Assembly (NCBI GenBank): GCA_963783305.1
Contig: CAWAMW010000015.1
Coordinates: 224,001-288,000 of the forward strand
DNA length: 64,000 nt
Origin: an uncultured Gemmatimonadales bacterium
Lineage (GTDB): Bacteria; Gemmatimonadota; Gemmatimonadetes; Longimicrobiales; RSA9
Direction of reading: 5' to 3'
Shown piece after piece: positions 42,501 through 51,837 of the stretch (positions are counted from its first letter, which is position 1; every line of letters starts with the position of its first letter). Below the pieces are notes generated by a model. It worked only from the letters and a program-made list of their open reading frames with translations, did not search any database and had not been told where the DNA came from. The translations under genes were made by a program, and so were the position numbers.

Positions 42501-42704
42501 TGCGAGGATGGTACCCAGGTTCTGCCCTGCTCGCCCACGTTCGCCTGGGACTCGCCCACGGAGCGGACGCCGGTGGTGAGCGCCGGCCTCTCCACGCGCG
42601 TCAACGTGCTGGGGTTCCTGGTGGTGGAGGCGTACTACGCGTACCCGTTCCAGCGCCCGAACAAGGGGTGGCACTTCGGGTTCAACCTCGCCCCCGGCTG
42701 GTAG
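39570..42704 (+). CDS. Secreted zincin peptidase-like domain + PD40/TolB propeller + Omp85-type beta-barrel fusion
   Basis: Signal peptide; HELVH plus downstream EGMAE; about 5 (P)xWSPDG repeats; VRGY loop motif; terminal aromatic strand GFNLAPGW. Confidence 0.8.
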   Translation: MGRERVGTPVGRITAAVGLVGLALALVPDVAAAQYFGRNKVQYEEFDWQSMHTDHFNIFFYPEEEAAVRDAGRMGERWYARLTRVFNHEFDDEKPVILYANHPDFQQTNTTASQLSEGTGGFTESLKNRVVMPMTGVYEDTDHVLGHELVHAFQYDIAERMGTMGQRGMGSLPLWIIEGMAEYLSVGREDPHTAMWLRDAALRGDLPTFEQLTTDPRFFPYRYGQAFWAYIGGRWGDRAVTDLYKSSLRYGWDMSVRRVLRVSPGELSDDWLRATRAAYLPLMQGKERPDEVATKVLARDIDAGEMNIGPSLSPDGRYVAFYTERDLFEISLYMADARTGQMVEKIADSQTDIHFDALSFLSSAGAWSPDGTRMAFTAFAKGDEELAIVRLEDKEVERRVRIQGVGAVTSPAWSPDGRTIAVSGNSGGVSDLYLVDATSGAVEQLTDDAYAELQPAWSPDGRRLAFVTDRAGTDLDELIYGPMRLAVMDLATREIEMLELFAGGKHMDPHFGPNGRWLYFISDADGFSDVYRVEVETGSLERITRIATGVSGVTKLSPALTVAANTGDIMFSVFSEGNYAVYRMDADQVEARAVPVTERFAGLQPAGILPPLESADRGVVANYLADPIRGLPPTDDFPVDGYSGRLTLDYIGVPQVGVAMDRFGTSIAGAVTTYWTDMLGDRQLVAAVQANGTVKDIGGLAQYVNRSGQLNWGVLAGHIPNAVGGFALRDTTVNDVPLLIQELQILRIYQDQVAALAEFPTSRTRRFEFNAGYTRYGFGLEAQQVLIDRRTGQQVDARTVDLDPADLGAGFGRAYHMGTASVAYVGDWSFNGFTSPVRGGRFRFELSPMFGDLNLVSAVADYRRYLHHYPFTLAVRGLHSGRYGPDAEGTIFTRQNYLGYETLVRGYAYESWTRDECQANSCPAFERLWGSRLAVANAEIRVPLFGVPEYGLINFPFLPTELSAFVDAGLAWNSSAVCEDGTQVLPCSPTFAWDSPTERTPVVSAGLSTRVNVLGFLVVEAYYAYPFQRPNKGWHFGFNLAPGW

Positions 42705-42726
42705 GCGCCGGAGTAGCGACTGGAGG

Positions 42727-42760
42727 AGGCCCGGACCTGCACGCAGGTCCGGGCCTTTTT
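42727..42760 (+). terminator. Intrinsic terminator
   Basis: Long perfect inverted repeat AGGCCCGGACCTGC/GCAGGTCCGGGCCT followed by a T run. Confidence 0.9.
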
Positions 42761-42861
42761 CGTGTGGAGGGGGATAGCCAAAACCGCCGTGAGAAGCGAC
42801 TGTGCGGGTGCATTCCGAATGGAACCGAGCGCGGGGCGACCCGCGGAGGGGATAGAGAGAG

Positions 42862-44985
42862 ATGGCGTACGAAGAAGAGAACCGGTCGCTGGAGCCGATC
42901 CTACGACCGAAGAGCATAGCGGTGATCGGCGCGAGCCGCCGGGCGGGCACGATCGGGTACCAGATCGTGGACAACCTGATCCGACACGGCTACGAAGGCG
43001 TGATCTACCCGGTGAACCCGAATGCGCGGGCCATCCACTCGATCCCGGCGTACGAGTCGGTGCAGTCGATCCCGGGTCCGGTGGACCTGGCGATGGTGGT
43101 GGTGCCGAAGCAGTTCGTGCTGGACGTCGTGGAGGAGTGCGGGGAGAAGGGGATCAAGGGTCTGGTGGTGATCAGCGCCGGGTTCCGCGAGGTGGGCGGC
43201 AGGGGTGCGCAGCTGGAAACCGAGCTGATGGAGAAGGTCCGGCGGTACGGTATGCGGCTGGTGGGGCCGAACTGCATGGGCGTGCTGAGCACGAGGCCGG
43301 AGCTGAGCATGAACGCGACATTCGCGCCCACCATGCCGCCGGCGGGCCCCGTGAGCCTCATGAGCCAGTCGGGCGCCATGGGTGTGACCATCCTGGACTA
43401 CGCCGCGGAGTACGGCATCGGGATCGCCGATTTCGTATCGGTAGGCAACAAGCCGGACGTGAGCGGGAACGACCTGGTCCAGTTCTGGGCGGAGGACGAC
43501 CGCACGAGCGTGATCCTCATGTACCTGGAGAACTTCGGCAATCCGCGGCGGTTCACGCAGCTGGCGCGGACCATCACGAAGACGAAGCCGATCATCGTGG
43601 TGAAGGCGGGGCGTACGGGAGTGGGGGCGCGCGCCGCTACGTCGCATACCGGAGCGCTGGCGGGCGCGGACGTGGCGGTGGACGCGCTGCTGGGCCAGTC
43701 GGGCGTGATCCGCGTGGACACGGTGGAGGACCTGTTCGACCTGGCCATGGCGTTCGACGAGCTGCCGGTTCCCGCCGGCAACCGCGTGGCGATCATCACG
43801 AACGCGGGCGGTCCCGGGATCATCATCGCCGACGCGTGCGAGGCCCGCGGGCTCGAGGTGGTGCCCTTGTCGGAGAAGACGCAGGCGTCGCTGCGGGAGG
43901 TGCTGGCGGAGGAAGCGAGCGTCCGGAACCCCGTGGACATGATCGCGTCGGCCACACCGGAATCGTATCGGCTGGTCCTGGACCGGGTGCTGGAGGACGA
44001 GGGGATCGACGCGGCCATTGCCGCGTTCGTCCCGCCGCTCGGCGTGCGGCAGGAGGACGTGGCGCAGGCGATCGTCGACGCGAAGGAGGGCCACGAGAAG
44101 CCGGTGCTGGCGGTGCTGATGGGGCGGCAGGGCCTGCCCCAGGGGAGGGCGCAGCTGCACGAGGCGGGAGTGCCCGGCTACATCTTCCCGGAATCGGCGG
44201 CCAAGGCGCTGGCGGCCATGTACCGCTACCGGCAGTGGCTCGAGCGGCCGGAGGGCACGTTCCGGGAGTTCGAGGTGGACCGGGCGGCGGTCGAGGAGAT
44301 CGTCCGGAACGCCCGGGAGTCCGGGGAGCCGCATCTGGCGGGGCCGGACGCACTGGCGGTGTTCCGGGCGTACGGCATCCCGGTCCTGGAGTCGCGGATC
44401 GTCTCATCGGCGGACGCGGCGGCGGCGGCCGCGGAGGAGCTGGGCTACCCGGTGGTGATGAAGATCGAGTCGCCCGATGTGGTCCATAAGACGGATGTGG
44501 GCGGCGTGGTGGTGGACCTGCGGGACGAGGAGGAGGTCCGGGTCGAGTACGACGCCATGGTCAACCGGGTCCGGACCGCGATCCCGGACGCCGACATCAA
44601 GGGCGTGCTGCTGCAGCCGTTCGTCCGGGGGGGTCGAGAGACCATCGTGGGCGGGACCACGGACCCGATGTTCGGGCCGCTGCTGATGTTCGGTCTGGGC
44701 GGCGTGTACGTGGAGGCGCTGAAGGACGTGGTCTTCCGGGTCCACCCGCTGACGGACCTGGACGCCGAGCAGATGGTGAAGTCGATCCGGGGCTACCGCG
44801 TGCTCGAGGGGATCCGGGGCGAGCCGCCGTCGGACGAGGAGGCGATCGCCGACGTGATCCAGCGGGTGTCGCAGCTGATGGGCGACAACCCGGCGATCGA
44901 GGAGCTGGACATCAACCCGTTCCTTGTGCAGGAGCACGGGGGCGTGGCGCTGGACGCCCGGATCCGGGTGAGCTCGGAGGACTGA
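42862..44985 (+). CDS. ADP-forming acetate/acyl-CoA ligase, fused alpha-beta
   Basis: IAVIGAS, GPNCMG, SQSGA, SHTGALAG (phospho-His), HKTDVGGV, FGLGG, DINP. Confidence 0.92.
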   Translation: MAYEEENRSLEPILRPKSIAVIGASRRAGTIGYQIVDNLIRHGYEGVIYPVNPNARAIHSIPAYESVQSIPGPVDLAMVVVPKQFVLDVVEECGEKGIKGLVVISAGFREVGGRGAQLETELMEKVRRYGMRLVGPNCMGVLSTRPELSMNATFAPTMPPAGPVSLMSQSGAMGVTILDYAAEYGIGIADFVSVGNKPDVSGNDLVQFWAEDDRTSVILMYLENFGNPRRFTQLARTITKTKPIIVVKAGRTGVGARAATSHTGALAGADVAVDALLGQSGVIRVDTVEDLFDLAMAFDELPVPAGNRVAIITNAGGPGIIIADACEARGLEVVPLSEKTQASLREVLAEEASVRNPVDMIASATPESYRLVLDRVLEDEGIDAAIAAFVPPLGVRQEDVAQAIVDAKEGHEKPVLAVLMGRQGLPQGRAQLHEAGVPGYIFPESAAKALAAMYRYRQWLERPEGTFREFEVDRAAVEEIVRNARESGEPHLAGPDALAVFRAYGIPVLESRIVSSADAAAAAAEELGYPVVMKIESPDVVHKTDVGGVVVDLRDEEEVRVEYDAMVNRVRTAIPDADIKGVLLQPFVRGGRETIVGGTTDPMFGPLLMFGLGGVYVEALKDVVFRVHPLTDLDAEQMVKSIRGYRVLEGIRGEPPSDEEAIADVIQRVSQLMGDNPAIEELDINPFLVQEHGGVALDARIRVSSED

Positions 44986-44995
44986 GCGGGGAGCG

Positions 44996-45113
44996 GACGG
45001 TCGCTGCGCTCCCTGTCGAACGGTCGCTGCGCTCCCTGTCGAACGGTCGCTTCGCTCCCTTTGGAACGCGTCGCTTCGCTTGCTATCGAACGCGTCGCTT
45101 CGCTCGCTATCGA
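44996..45113. repeat. 23-24-bp tandem repeat, 5 diverging units, between convergent genes
   Basis: GAACG(C)GTCGC(T/G)..CGCT..CT.TC units with no spacers. Confidence 0.85.
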
Positions 45114-45142
45114 GGGGGCGACCTGGAGGTTCGGCGACGGCG

Positions 45143-46449
45143 CTAGAGGACGCGAGAGAACATGTGCCAGAAGTGCTCTTTCGTCTTCTCGAGGAGGCCC
45201 CGTTCGCGGAACGTCTCCAGCTTCAGCTCCGCGGCGAGCCCGATGTCCTCCTCGAACTGTGACTGGAGCCGACCGGCGATCTCACGCCCGCGCATCATGA
45301 GGAGCACCTCGTCGTTGAGCGACATGGAGCGGTTGTCGAAGTTCGCGGAGCCCACCGCGGACCAGCTGCCGTCCACGGTCAGGGTCTTCGCGTGGACCAT
45401 GGACGGCTCGTACTCGTAGATCCGGACGCCGCCGTCCAGCAGCTCCTCGTAGTGGTTCCGGGCGGCGTACCACGTGGACTTCTTGTCCGTGTTCCCGCCG
45501 GGCGTGAGGACGCGCACGTCCACACCGGCCGCGGCCGCCTGCATCAGGAGCGCGCGGAAATCGTCGTCGGGGACGAAGTAGGCGTTGGTGATCCAGAGCC
45601 GCTCGCGAGCGCCGGCGATGGTGAGGGCGTAGAAGCGCTCGATGTCGGTGCTCCCCACGGAGGGTGAGCCGTAGACGAGGCCGGCGGTGTGGGGTCCGTC
45701 GTTCTCCAGCGGGCCGGGGGGAACAGCTTGTCGCCCACGAGCAGCTCGCCGGTGGCCTCCGCCCAGTCGCTGGCGAAGGCGGCCTGGAGCTGGTGGACCG
45801 CAGGTCCCTGGAGGCGCACACTGGTGTCGCGCCAGTGGTCCGGCGCCTTCCCGTCACCCTGCCAGAAGTCGTGGATCGCGAACCCGCCGGTGTAGCCGAC
45901 CTCGCCGTCGATGACCACAGTCCGCATGTGCGTGCGCATCTGCCACTTGTACATGTCGTACCAGTGATACGGCCGGAACTCGCAGACCTCCGCGCCCGCA
46001 CTCTTCAGCTTCTCCCAGTACTCCGATGGCACGCCGTGGGCGCCGAACGCGTCATGGATCAGCAGCACCTTGACGCCCGCCCGCAGCCGCTCGATCAGGA
46101 TGTCGCTGAGCGTGTCGGCCAGCTCGCTCGGCTTGAACCAGAAGACGTGCCACGTGATCAGGTGCCGGGCCGAGCGCAGATCCTCCCACAGGCGCGGGTA
46201 CACCTCGTCGCCGTTGAAGAGCACCTCCACCGTGTTCCCATCGGTCAGGTCGGTGTTCACGTGACGCTCGATCTGCTCGGCGAAGAGCGGGTCGGAGACG
46301 TTCGGGGCGGTGTCCTCCGTGCCGATCACGCGCACGCCCTCCACCGGGTTCCCGCGGACCAGGTAGAAGAAGCCGGCCAGGACGAAGAAGACCAGGACGG
46401 CCCCCATGAGGAGGACGAGCGCGAGCAGGACAATCGTCGTGATACTCAT
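45143..46449 (-). CDS. cls: Cardiolipin synthase/phospholipase D family, frameshifted at a C6 tract (45716-45721)
   Basis: HMRTVVIDG and HAKTLTVDG..GSANFDNRS motifs, WRDT, NAYFVP; one extra C joins the two ORFs. Confidence 0.85.
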
Positions 46450-46558
46450 GACCGCGCCGTGGAGCAAGGAGCGGACCGGCGGGCACACCGGAAGACATGC
46501 CCGCGGGGCATCGGGGGCTCGCGCGCGGCGGCCTGCGACTTGTATGGTGGTGGACACC

Positions 46559-48070
46559 ATGCACTATCATCTGATCGGTATCGCAGGGACCGCCATGGGC
46601 TCGGTCGCGGGACTGCTCCGGCAGGCGGGTCACACCGTCAGCGGGAGCGACCAGGGCGTGTACCCCCCGATGTCCACGCTCCTGGACGAGCTCGGCATCG
46701 ACTACGCCCGCACCTTCGACCCGGCGAACCTCGACCCCACCCCGGACGTGGTGGTGGTGGGGAACGCCATCAGCCGCGGGAACCCGGAGCTGGAGGCGGT
46801 GCTGGAGCGCCGGATCCGGTATACATCGGCGGCCGCGGTGGTCAAGGAGGAGTTCCTCCGGGACCGGCGGGTCGTGGCGGTGGCGGGTACGCACGGAAAG
46901 ACCACCACCACCTCGATCCTGGCGTGGATCCTGGAGGCCGCGGGGCTCAACCCCTCCTTCCTGATCGGCGGCGTGGCGGAGAACTTCGGCAGCTCGTTCC
47001 GGCTGGTGGACGCGGCGGAGTCCGACCTGTTCGTGATCGAGGCGGACGAGTACGACACCGCCTACTTCGACAAGGGCCCGAAGATGTGGCACTACCTGCC
47101 GTACGTGGCGGTGGTGAACAACATCGAGTTCGATCACGCCGACATCTACCGCGACGACGAGGCGTACCGCTTCGCCTTCTCGCGCTTCATCAACCTGCCG
47201 CCGGGGAACGGCACGCTCGTGGCCGGATGGGAGAGCGCGATCGTGCGGGAGCTGGCGCCGCGCTCGTTCGCGGACGTGGAGAGCTTCGGACTCGAGGAGG
47301 CGACGGTCCCGTCGCAGCACGCCCGGCGCTCACCGCAGACTACGGGCGAGGTGCGCGCCAAGGGGGTCGCGGAGCCGGAGGGCTTCGACGCCACCATCGC
47401 GCACCCCCGCTGGCGCGCGGAGGGGATCGAGTACGGCCCGAAAGGGGCCATCTTCAACGTATACCACGACGGCGAGTGCCTGGGCGACGTGGAGACGCCG
47501 CTCACCGGCGCGTTCAACGTCCGCAACTGCCTCGCCGCCATCGCCGCGGCCACGGCGGTGGGCGCGGAGTGGGCCGGGATCCTGGAAGGGCTCCGAACGC
47601 TGAAGACGGTCCGGCGCCGGATGGAGATCAAGGGCGAGGAGCGGGGTGTGACCGTGATCGACGACTTCGCCCACCACCCCACGGCCGTTCGCGAGACCAT
47701 CGCGGCCGTCCGGCAGCGCTTTGGCGCTCGCCGCGTGGTGGCGGTGTTCGAGCCGCGCAGCTACACGGCACAGCGGCGCGAGATGCAGGACCCGTATCGC
47801 CGCGCCCTCACCTCGGCGGACGAGGTCATCCTCGCCGGGCGCAACGATCCCGAGCGCTACGGCGGCGACTCCGGGCTGAACCGCGACGTGCTGGTAAAGG
47901 GGATCCAGGAAGGCGGCACGCCCGCGCGCTACATCCCGGAGCCGGACGAGATCGTGCGCACGCTGGCGCCTGAGCTCCGCGAGGGCGACGTGGTGCTGTT
48001 CATGTCGAATGGCGGGTTCGGCGGGGTGCACGGGAAGATGCTCGCTGCGCTCGCGGAGGGCTCGGCCTAG
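46559..48070 (+). CDS. mpl: Murein peptide ligase
   Basis: HLIGIAGTAMG, GNAISRGNPE, GTHGKTTT, EADEYDTAYFDK, DDFAHHPTA, MSNGGFGG. Confidence 0.93.
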   Translation: MHYHLIGIAGTAMGSVAGLLRQAGHTVSGSDQGVYPPMSTLLDELGIDYARTFDPANLDPTPDVVVVGNAISRGNPELEAVLERRIRYTSAAAVVKEEFLRDRRVVAVAGTHGKTTTTSILAWILEAAGLNPSFLIGGVAENFGSSFRLVDAAESDLFVIEADEYDTAYFDKGPKMWHYLPYVAVVNNIEFDHADIYRDDEAYRFAFSRFINLPPGNGTLVAGWESAIVRELAPRSFADVESFGLEEATVPSQHARRSPQTTGEVRAKGVAEPEGFDATIAHPRWRAEGIEYGPKGAIFNVYHDGECLGDVETPLTGAFNVRNCLAAIAAATAVGAEWAGILEGLRTLKTVRRRMEIKGEERGVTVIDDFAHHPTAVRETIAAVRQRFGARRVVAVFEPRSYTAQRREMQDPYRRALTSADEVILAGRNDPERYGGDSGLNRDVLVKGIQEGGTPARYIPEPDEIVRTLAPELREGDVVLFMSNGGFGGVHGKMLAALAEGSA

Positions 48071-48236
48071 CGGCCTCGCGGAGGGCTCGGCCTGGCGGCC
48101 TCGCGGAGGGCTCGGCCTGGCGGCCTCGCGGAGGGCTCGGCCTAACGGCCTCGCGGAGGGCTCGGCCTAGCGGCCTCGCGGAGGGCTCGGCCTGGCGGCC
48201 TCGCGGAGGGCGGCTTCGCCGCGGGCCTCGCGGAGG
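48050..48236 (+). repeat. 25-bp tandem repeat (6 full units plus partials) starting in the mpl 3' end
   Basis: CTCGCGGAGGGCTCGGCCT(A/G)(G/A)CGGC. Confidence 0.92.
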
Positions 48237-48321
48237 CTCGATGATTGCGGGCGTGGGAGGCGAGTGCGGCGAAGCCCGCGGGGCCATGCGGCTCCGCTCG
48301 CGCACCCTTGCCGGGACCGGA

Positions 48322-48927
48322 ATGGTCGCATTTTCGAGCCGTCTCGTCATCTCCCTGCTTGGCTTGGGCCTGCTGTCGGCGGGCGCCGGGTGGACACAGG
48401 AGCCATTTCCCCACGACCGCCACGCGCGGCTTTTCCCTCTGTGTGAGGGGTGCCATCGGGTGGAGCCGGGGGAACCGGGAGCGCTGTACCCGGAGCCGAC
48501 GCAGTGCGGCGCCTGTCACGATGGAGAGCAGGTAGCGGAAGTCCAGTGGTCGCCGCCATCGCGGGAGGCGAGCTATCGGCACCCGTCCCACGAGGCGGCC
48601 ACGGGGGTGTCGCTGGATTGCCGGGACTGCCACGGCGGCGGCGGGAGTGTTGCCACGGTGGACGTATCGGCGTCGTGCTCCTCCTGCCACGAGGAGCATC
48701 ATTCGGCGGCGGCCCGCTGCACCATATGTCACACGGGAACGGTGAAGAGCGACCACGGCCTGGACGCCCACCGGGGCTGCGGCGGTGCCGAATGCCATAC
48801 GGCGTCGTGGGCGTCCCAGCTGACGTTCAACCGATCGCTCTGCCTGCTGTGCCACCAGGACATGAAGGACCACAAGGCGGGCCGGGACTGCGGCCGGTGT
48901 CACGCGGTGGGGCAGCCGGCCCGCTGA
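48322..48927 (+). CDS. Small multiheme cytochrome c (7 CxxCH + 1 Cx4CH)
   Basis: Signal peptide; FPHDRH; CEGCH, CGACH, CRDCH, CSSCH, CTICH, CGGAECH, CLLCH, CGRCH. Confidence 0.9.
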   Translation: MVAFSSRLVISLLGLGLLSAGAGWTQEPFPHDRHARLFPLCEGCHRVEPGEPGALYPEPTQCGACHDGEQVAEVQWSPPSREASYRHPSHEAATGVSLDCRDCHGGGGSVATVDVSASCSSCHEEHHSAAARCTICHTGTVKSDHGLDAHRGCGGAECHTASWASQLTFNRSLCLLCHQDMKDHKAGRDCGRCHAVGQPAR

Positions 48928-48984
48928 GGAGATGACCGCAGCGGCGCCGACCGGCGGGAGGCCGGGCCGGAGCCCCCTCGGCGG

Positions 48985-49887
48985 CTATTCCGCCCGCGCC
49001 GTGCCGACTCCCGGGTCGGTCGTGTATCGGGTGGCCACGGTCATGTGGTAGACGGGCTGGGCTCGCTCGATGAGCGGCTGGACCTTGCCGCCTTCCTGCA
49101 TGTCGGCGAGCACCTCGCCCAGGATGCCCTTGAGCTCCGCGGCGCGCTCCCCCCCCAGCTCTGAGAGGCGCGTGGCGGCGTGCTCCCGGACGCGATGCAT
49201 CAGGCGCTCCCGATCGGCGTCACCGATCGCCAGGGTGTCGGGCGGAGCCACGGTGAACGACCCGAGCCGGGCGGGCGCGGAGAAGTCGTTGTAGGCGATG
49301 TCGATGGTGGTGCCGAACTCGTGCGAGCTGGTGGTGCGGGAAGCGTTCGAATTCCCGCTGCGCAGCCGCGCCTGCATGGCATCGGTGCGGAGCACGGACG
49401 AGATCTCGAACCGGAACGGCGGCAGCCCGAGTGAGTCGAGCCGAGCGTGGAAGGTGCGGCCGAGGTCCACGAGCATACCGCGGGTGTCGGGGGTGACGTA
49501 CGGGAGGGAGTGATCGAGCTCGCGCACGATCCAGTAGTCGGTGCTGTCCTCGAGGGCGACCAGATCCCCCTGCGCCACCAGCACCCTGACCTCCGCGGAG
49601 TCGTCGACGGGAGCGACGCCCAGCTCGCCGGCCGTCGCGACCTGCTCGTCGTTCAGGTGCGTGCGCAGCTCCGAGCGGGTGGATCCGATGAGGCCGGGCT
49701 GCTCGTCCAGGACCTTCGCCACGGCGTCGACTCGCGCGTCCACGACCTCCACCGCGGCCGCTTCAGCGGCGGCCAGGTCGGCCTCGCGCTCCTCGGCGCC
49801 AGGGCCGCACGAGGCCAGGACGGAGAGGATCGCGGCCGCGGCTGCGGCGCGCGATAAGGGTGTAGGGTGGGTTCGGTGAAGCTGCAC
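48985..49887 (-). CDS. DUF5715-like lipoprotein, possible M15-type zinc peptidase fold
   Basis: Lipobox LASC; SVLRT..Q, SSHEFGTTIDI, late YH; start uncertain. Confidence 0.65.
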   Translation of the reverse strand: MQLHRTHPTPLSRAAAAAAILSVLASCGPGAEEREADLAAAEAAAVEVVDARVDAVAKVLDEQPGLIGSTRSELRTHLNDEQVATAGELGVAPVDDSAEVRVLVAQGDLVALEDSTDYWIVRELDHSLPYVTPDTRGMLVDLGRTFHARLDSLGLPPFRFEISSVLRTDAMQARLRSGNSNASRTTSSHEFGTTIDIAYNDFSAPARLGSFTVAPPDTLAIGDADRERLMHRVREHAATRLSELGGERAAELKGILGEVLADMQEGGKVQPLIERAQPVYHMTVATRYTTDPGVGTARAE

Positions 49888-49946
49888 GACAGGCCCTCGG
49901 ATGGAGTCATTTCCTGCCACCAATCGTGCAAGAGGGCTGCCAGCGA

Positions 49947-50002
49947 GGAGGCAGGAGGCAGGAGGCAGGAGGCGGGAGGCGGGAGGCGGGAGGCGGGAGG
50001 CG
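49947..50002 (+). repeat. Heptamer repeat (GGAGGCR)x8
   Basis: 3x GGAGGCA then 5x GGAGGCG in a divergent intergenic region. Confidence 0.9.
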
Positions 50003-50097
50003 CGGGGAGGCTCTCGGGGCTCACTGCTCTACGGGGGCGGGGTGGGTTAGATTGACGGCCGGACACGGGCAGAACGGGCACGGACACGGGAGAAGAG

Positions 50098-51783
50098 ATG
50101 GCGCTGGACACATCGAAGTTCATTTTCGTGATGAAGGACCTGAAGAAGATCGTGCCGCCGAAGCGCGAGATCCTGAAGGGGATCTGGCTCTCGTTCTACC
50201 CGGGCGCCAAGATCGGGGTGGTGGGTCCCAACGGCTCGGGCAAGAGCACGGTGCTGCGGATCATGGCCGGCCTGGACCAGGAGTTCCAGGGCGAGGCGTG
50301 GCCGATGAAGGGGATCAAGATCGGCTACCTGTCGCAGGAGCCGCAGCTGGACGAGAAGCTGAACGTGAAGGAGAACGTGGAGGAGGCGGTGAAGTCGCAG
50401 CGTGACGTGCTGCGTCGCTACGACGAGATCAACGCGAAGTTCGCGGAGCCCATGGACGCGGACGAGATGGAGGCGCTGATCCAGGAGCAGGGGGAGGTCC
50501 AGGAGCAGATCGACCACCTCAACCTCTGGGACCTGGACCGGAAGATCGAGATCGCCATGGACGCGCTCCGGCTCCCGCCCGCGGACGCGGACGTGTCGAA
50601 GCTGAGCGGTGGGGAGCGGCGACGGGTCGCGCTCTGCCGGGTGCTGCTGGAGGAGCCGGACCTGCTGCTGCTGGACGAGCCCACCAACCACCTGGACGCG
50701 GAGAGCGTGGCGTGGCTGGAGCACCACCTGGACCAGTTCGAGGGGACCATCGTGGCGGTGACGCACGACCGGTACTTCCTGGACAACGTGGCCAAGTGGA
50801 TCCTGGAGCTGGACCGCGGCCAGGGGTTCCCGTACGAGGGCAACTACACCAGCTGGCTGGAGCAGAAGAAGGAGCGGCTGCGGCTCGAGGAGAAGCAGGA
50901 GAGCAAGCGGCAGCAGACGCTGGAGCACGAGCTGGACTGGATCCGGATGGCGCCCAAGGCCCGGCACGCCAAGGGGAAGGCCCGCGTGAACGACTACGAG
51001 GCGCTGTTGAGCCAGGACGTCGGCGAGAAGATCCGGACGGCGGAGATCATCATCCCCAAGGGGCCGCGCCTCGGCTCCGATGTCATCACCGCGAACGGGC
51101 TGACCAAGGGGTACGACGATAAGCTCCTCATCGACGGCGCGGACTTCAGCATCCCGCCGGGCGCCATTGTCGGCGTTGTGGGCCCCAACGGCGCGGGCAA
51201 GACCACGCTCTTCCGGATGATCGTGGACCAGGAGGAGCCGGATGGCGGCTCACTGGAGGTGGGGCAGACCGTGGAGCTGGCGTACGTGGACCAGAGCCGC
51301 GACGCGCTGGACGCCGACAAGACGGTGTACGAGGAGATCAGCGACGGCCGGGACGAGGTGGAGCTGGGGAAGGCGGAGGTGAACAGTCGCGCCTACTGCT
51401 CGTGGTTCAACTTCAAGGGCGCCGAACAGCAGAAGAAGGTGGGCGTGCTCTCCGGCGGTGAGCGGAACCGGGTCCACCTGGCCAAGCTGCTGAAGAGCGG
51501 TGGCAACGTCATCCTGCTGGACGAGCCCACCAACGACCTGGACGTGGACACGCTACGGGCACTGGAGGACGCGCTCCTCGACTTCGCCGGGTGCGTGCTG
51601 GTGATCTCCCACGACCGGTGGTTCCTCGACCGCATCTCCACGCACACCCTGGCCTTCGAGGGCGACTCGAAGGTGCGGTTCTACGAGGGACCGTGGAGTG
51701 AGTATGAAGAAGACCGGAAGAAGCGGCTGGGCGGCGAGGCGGAGCAGCCGCACCGGATCAAGTACCGGAAGCTGGTCCGGTAG
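50098..51783 (+). CDS. ettA: Energy-dependent translational throttle ABC-F protein
   Basis: [10 protein letters not shown], two ABC cassettes with LDEPTN, C-terminal PHRIKYRKL. Confidence 0.97.
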   Translation: MALDTSKFIFVMKDLKKIVPPKREILKGIWLSFYPGAKIGVVGPNGSGKSTVLRIMAGLDQEFQGEAWPMKGIKIGYLSQEPQLDEKLNVKENVEEAVKSQRDVLRRYDEINAKFAEPMDADEMEALIQEQGEVQEQIDHLNLWDLDRKIEIAMDALRLPPADADVSKLSGGERRRVALCRVLLEEPDLLLLDEPTNHLDAESVAWLEHHLDQFEGTIVAVTHDRYFLDNVAKWILELDRGQGFPYEGNYTSWLEQKKERLRLEEKQESKRQQTLEHELDWIRMAPKARHAKGKARVNDYEALLSQDVGEKIRTAEIIIPKGPRLGSDVITANGLTKGYDDKLLIDGADFSIPPGAIVGVVGPNGAGKTTLFRMIVDQEEPDGGSLEVGQTVELAYVDQSRDALDADKTVYEEISDGRDEVELGKAEVNSRAYCSWFNFKGAEQQKKVGVLSGGERNRVHLAKLLKSGGNVILLDEPTNDLDVDTLRALEDALLDFAGCVLVISHDRWFLDRISTHTLAFEGDSKVRFYEGPWSEYEEDRKKRLGGEAEQPHRIKYRKLVR

Positions 51784-51837
51784 GGCCCAGTCAGGACGTG
51801 GTCCTCCTCAACCGGCGTGTCCGGTCGGGAGGGGCCG

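Noticed and set aside
45716..45721. Programmed frameshift or phase variation in cls
   Set aside because: A C6 run is short; a single-base homopolymer loss is typical of long-read error
48050..48236. Possible CRISPR array (also 44996-45113)
   Set aside because: Units are contiguous with no unique spacers, and there are no cas genes in the window
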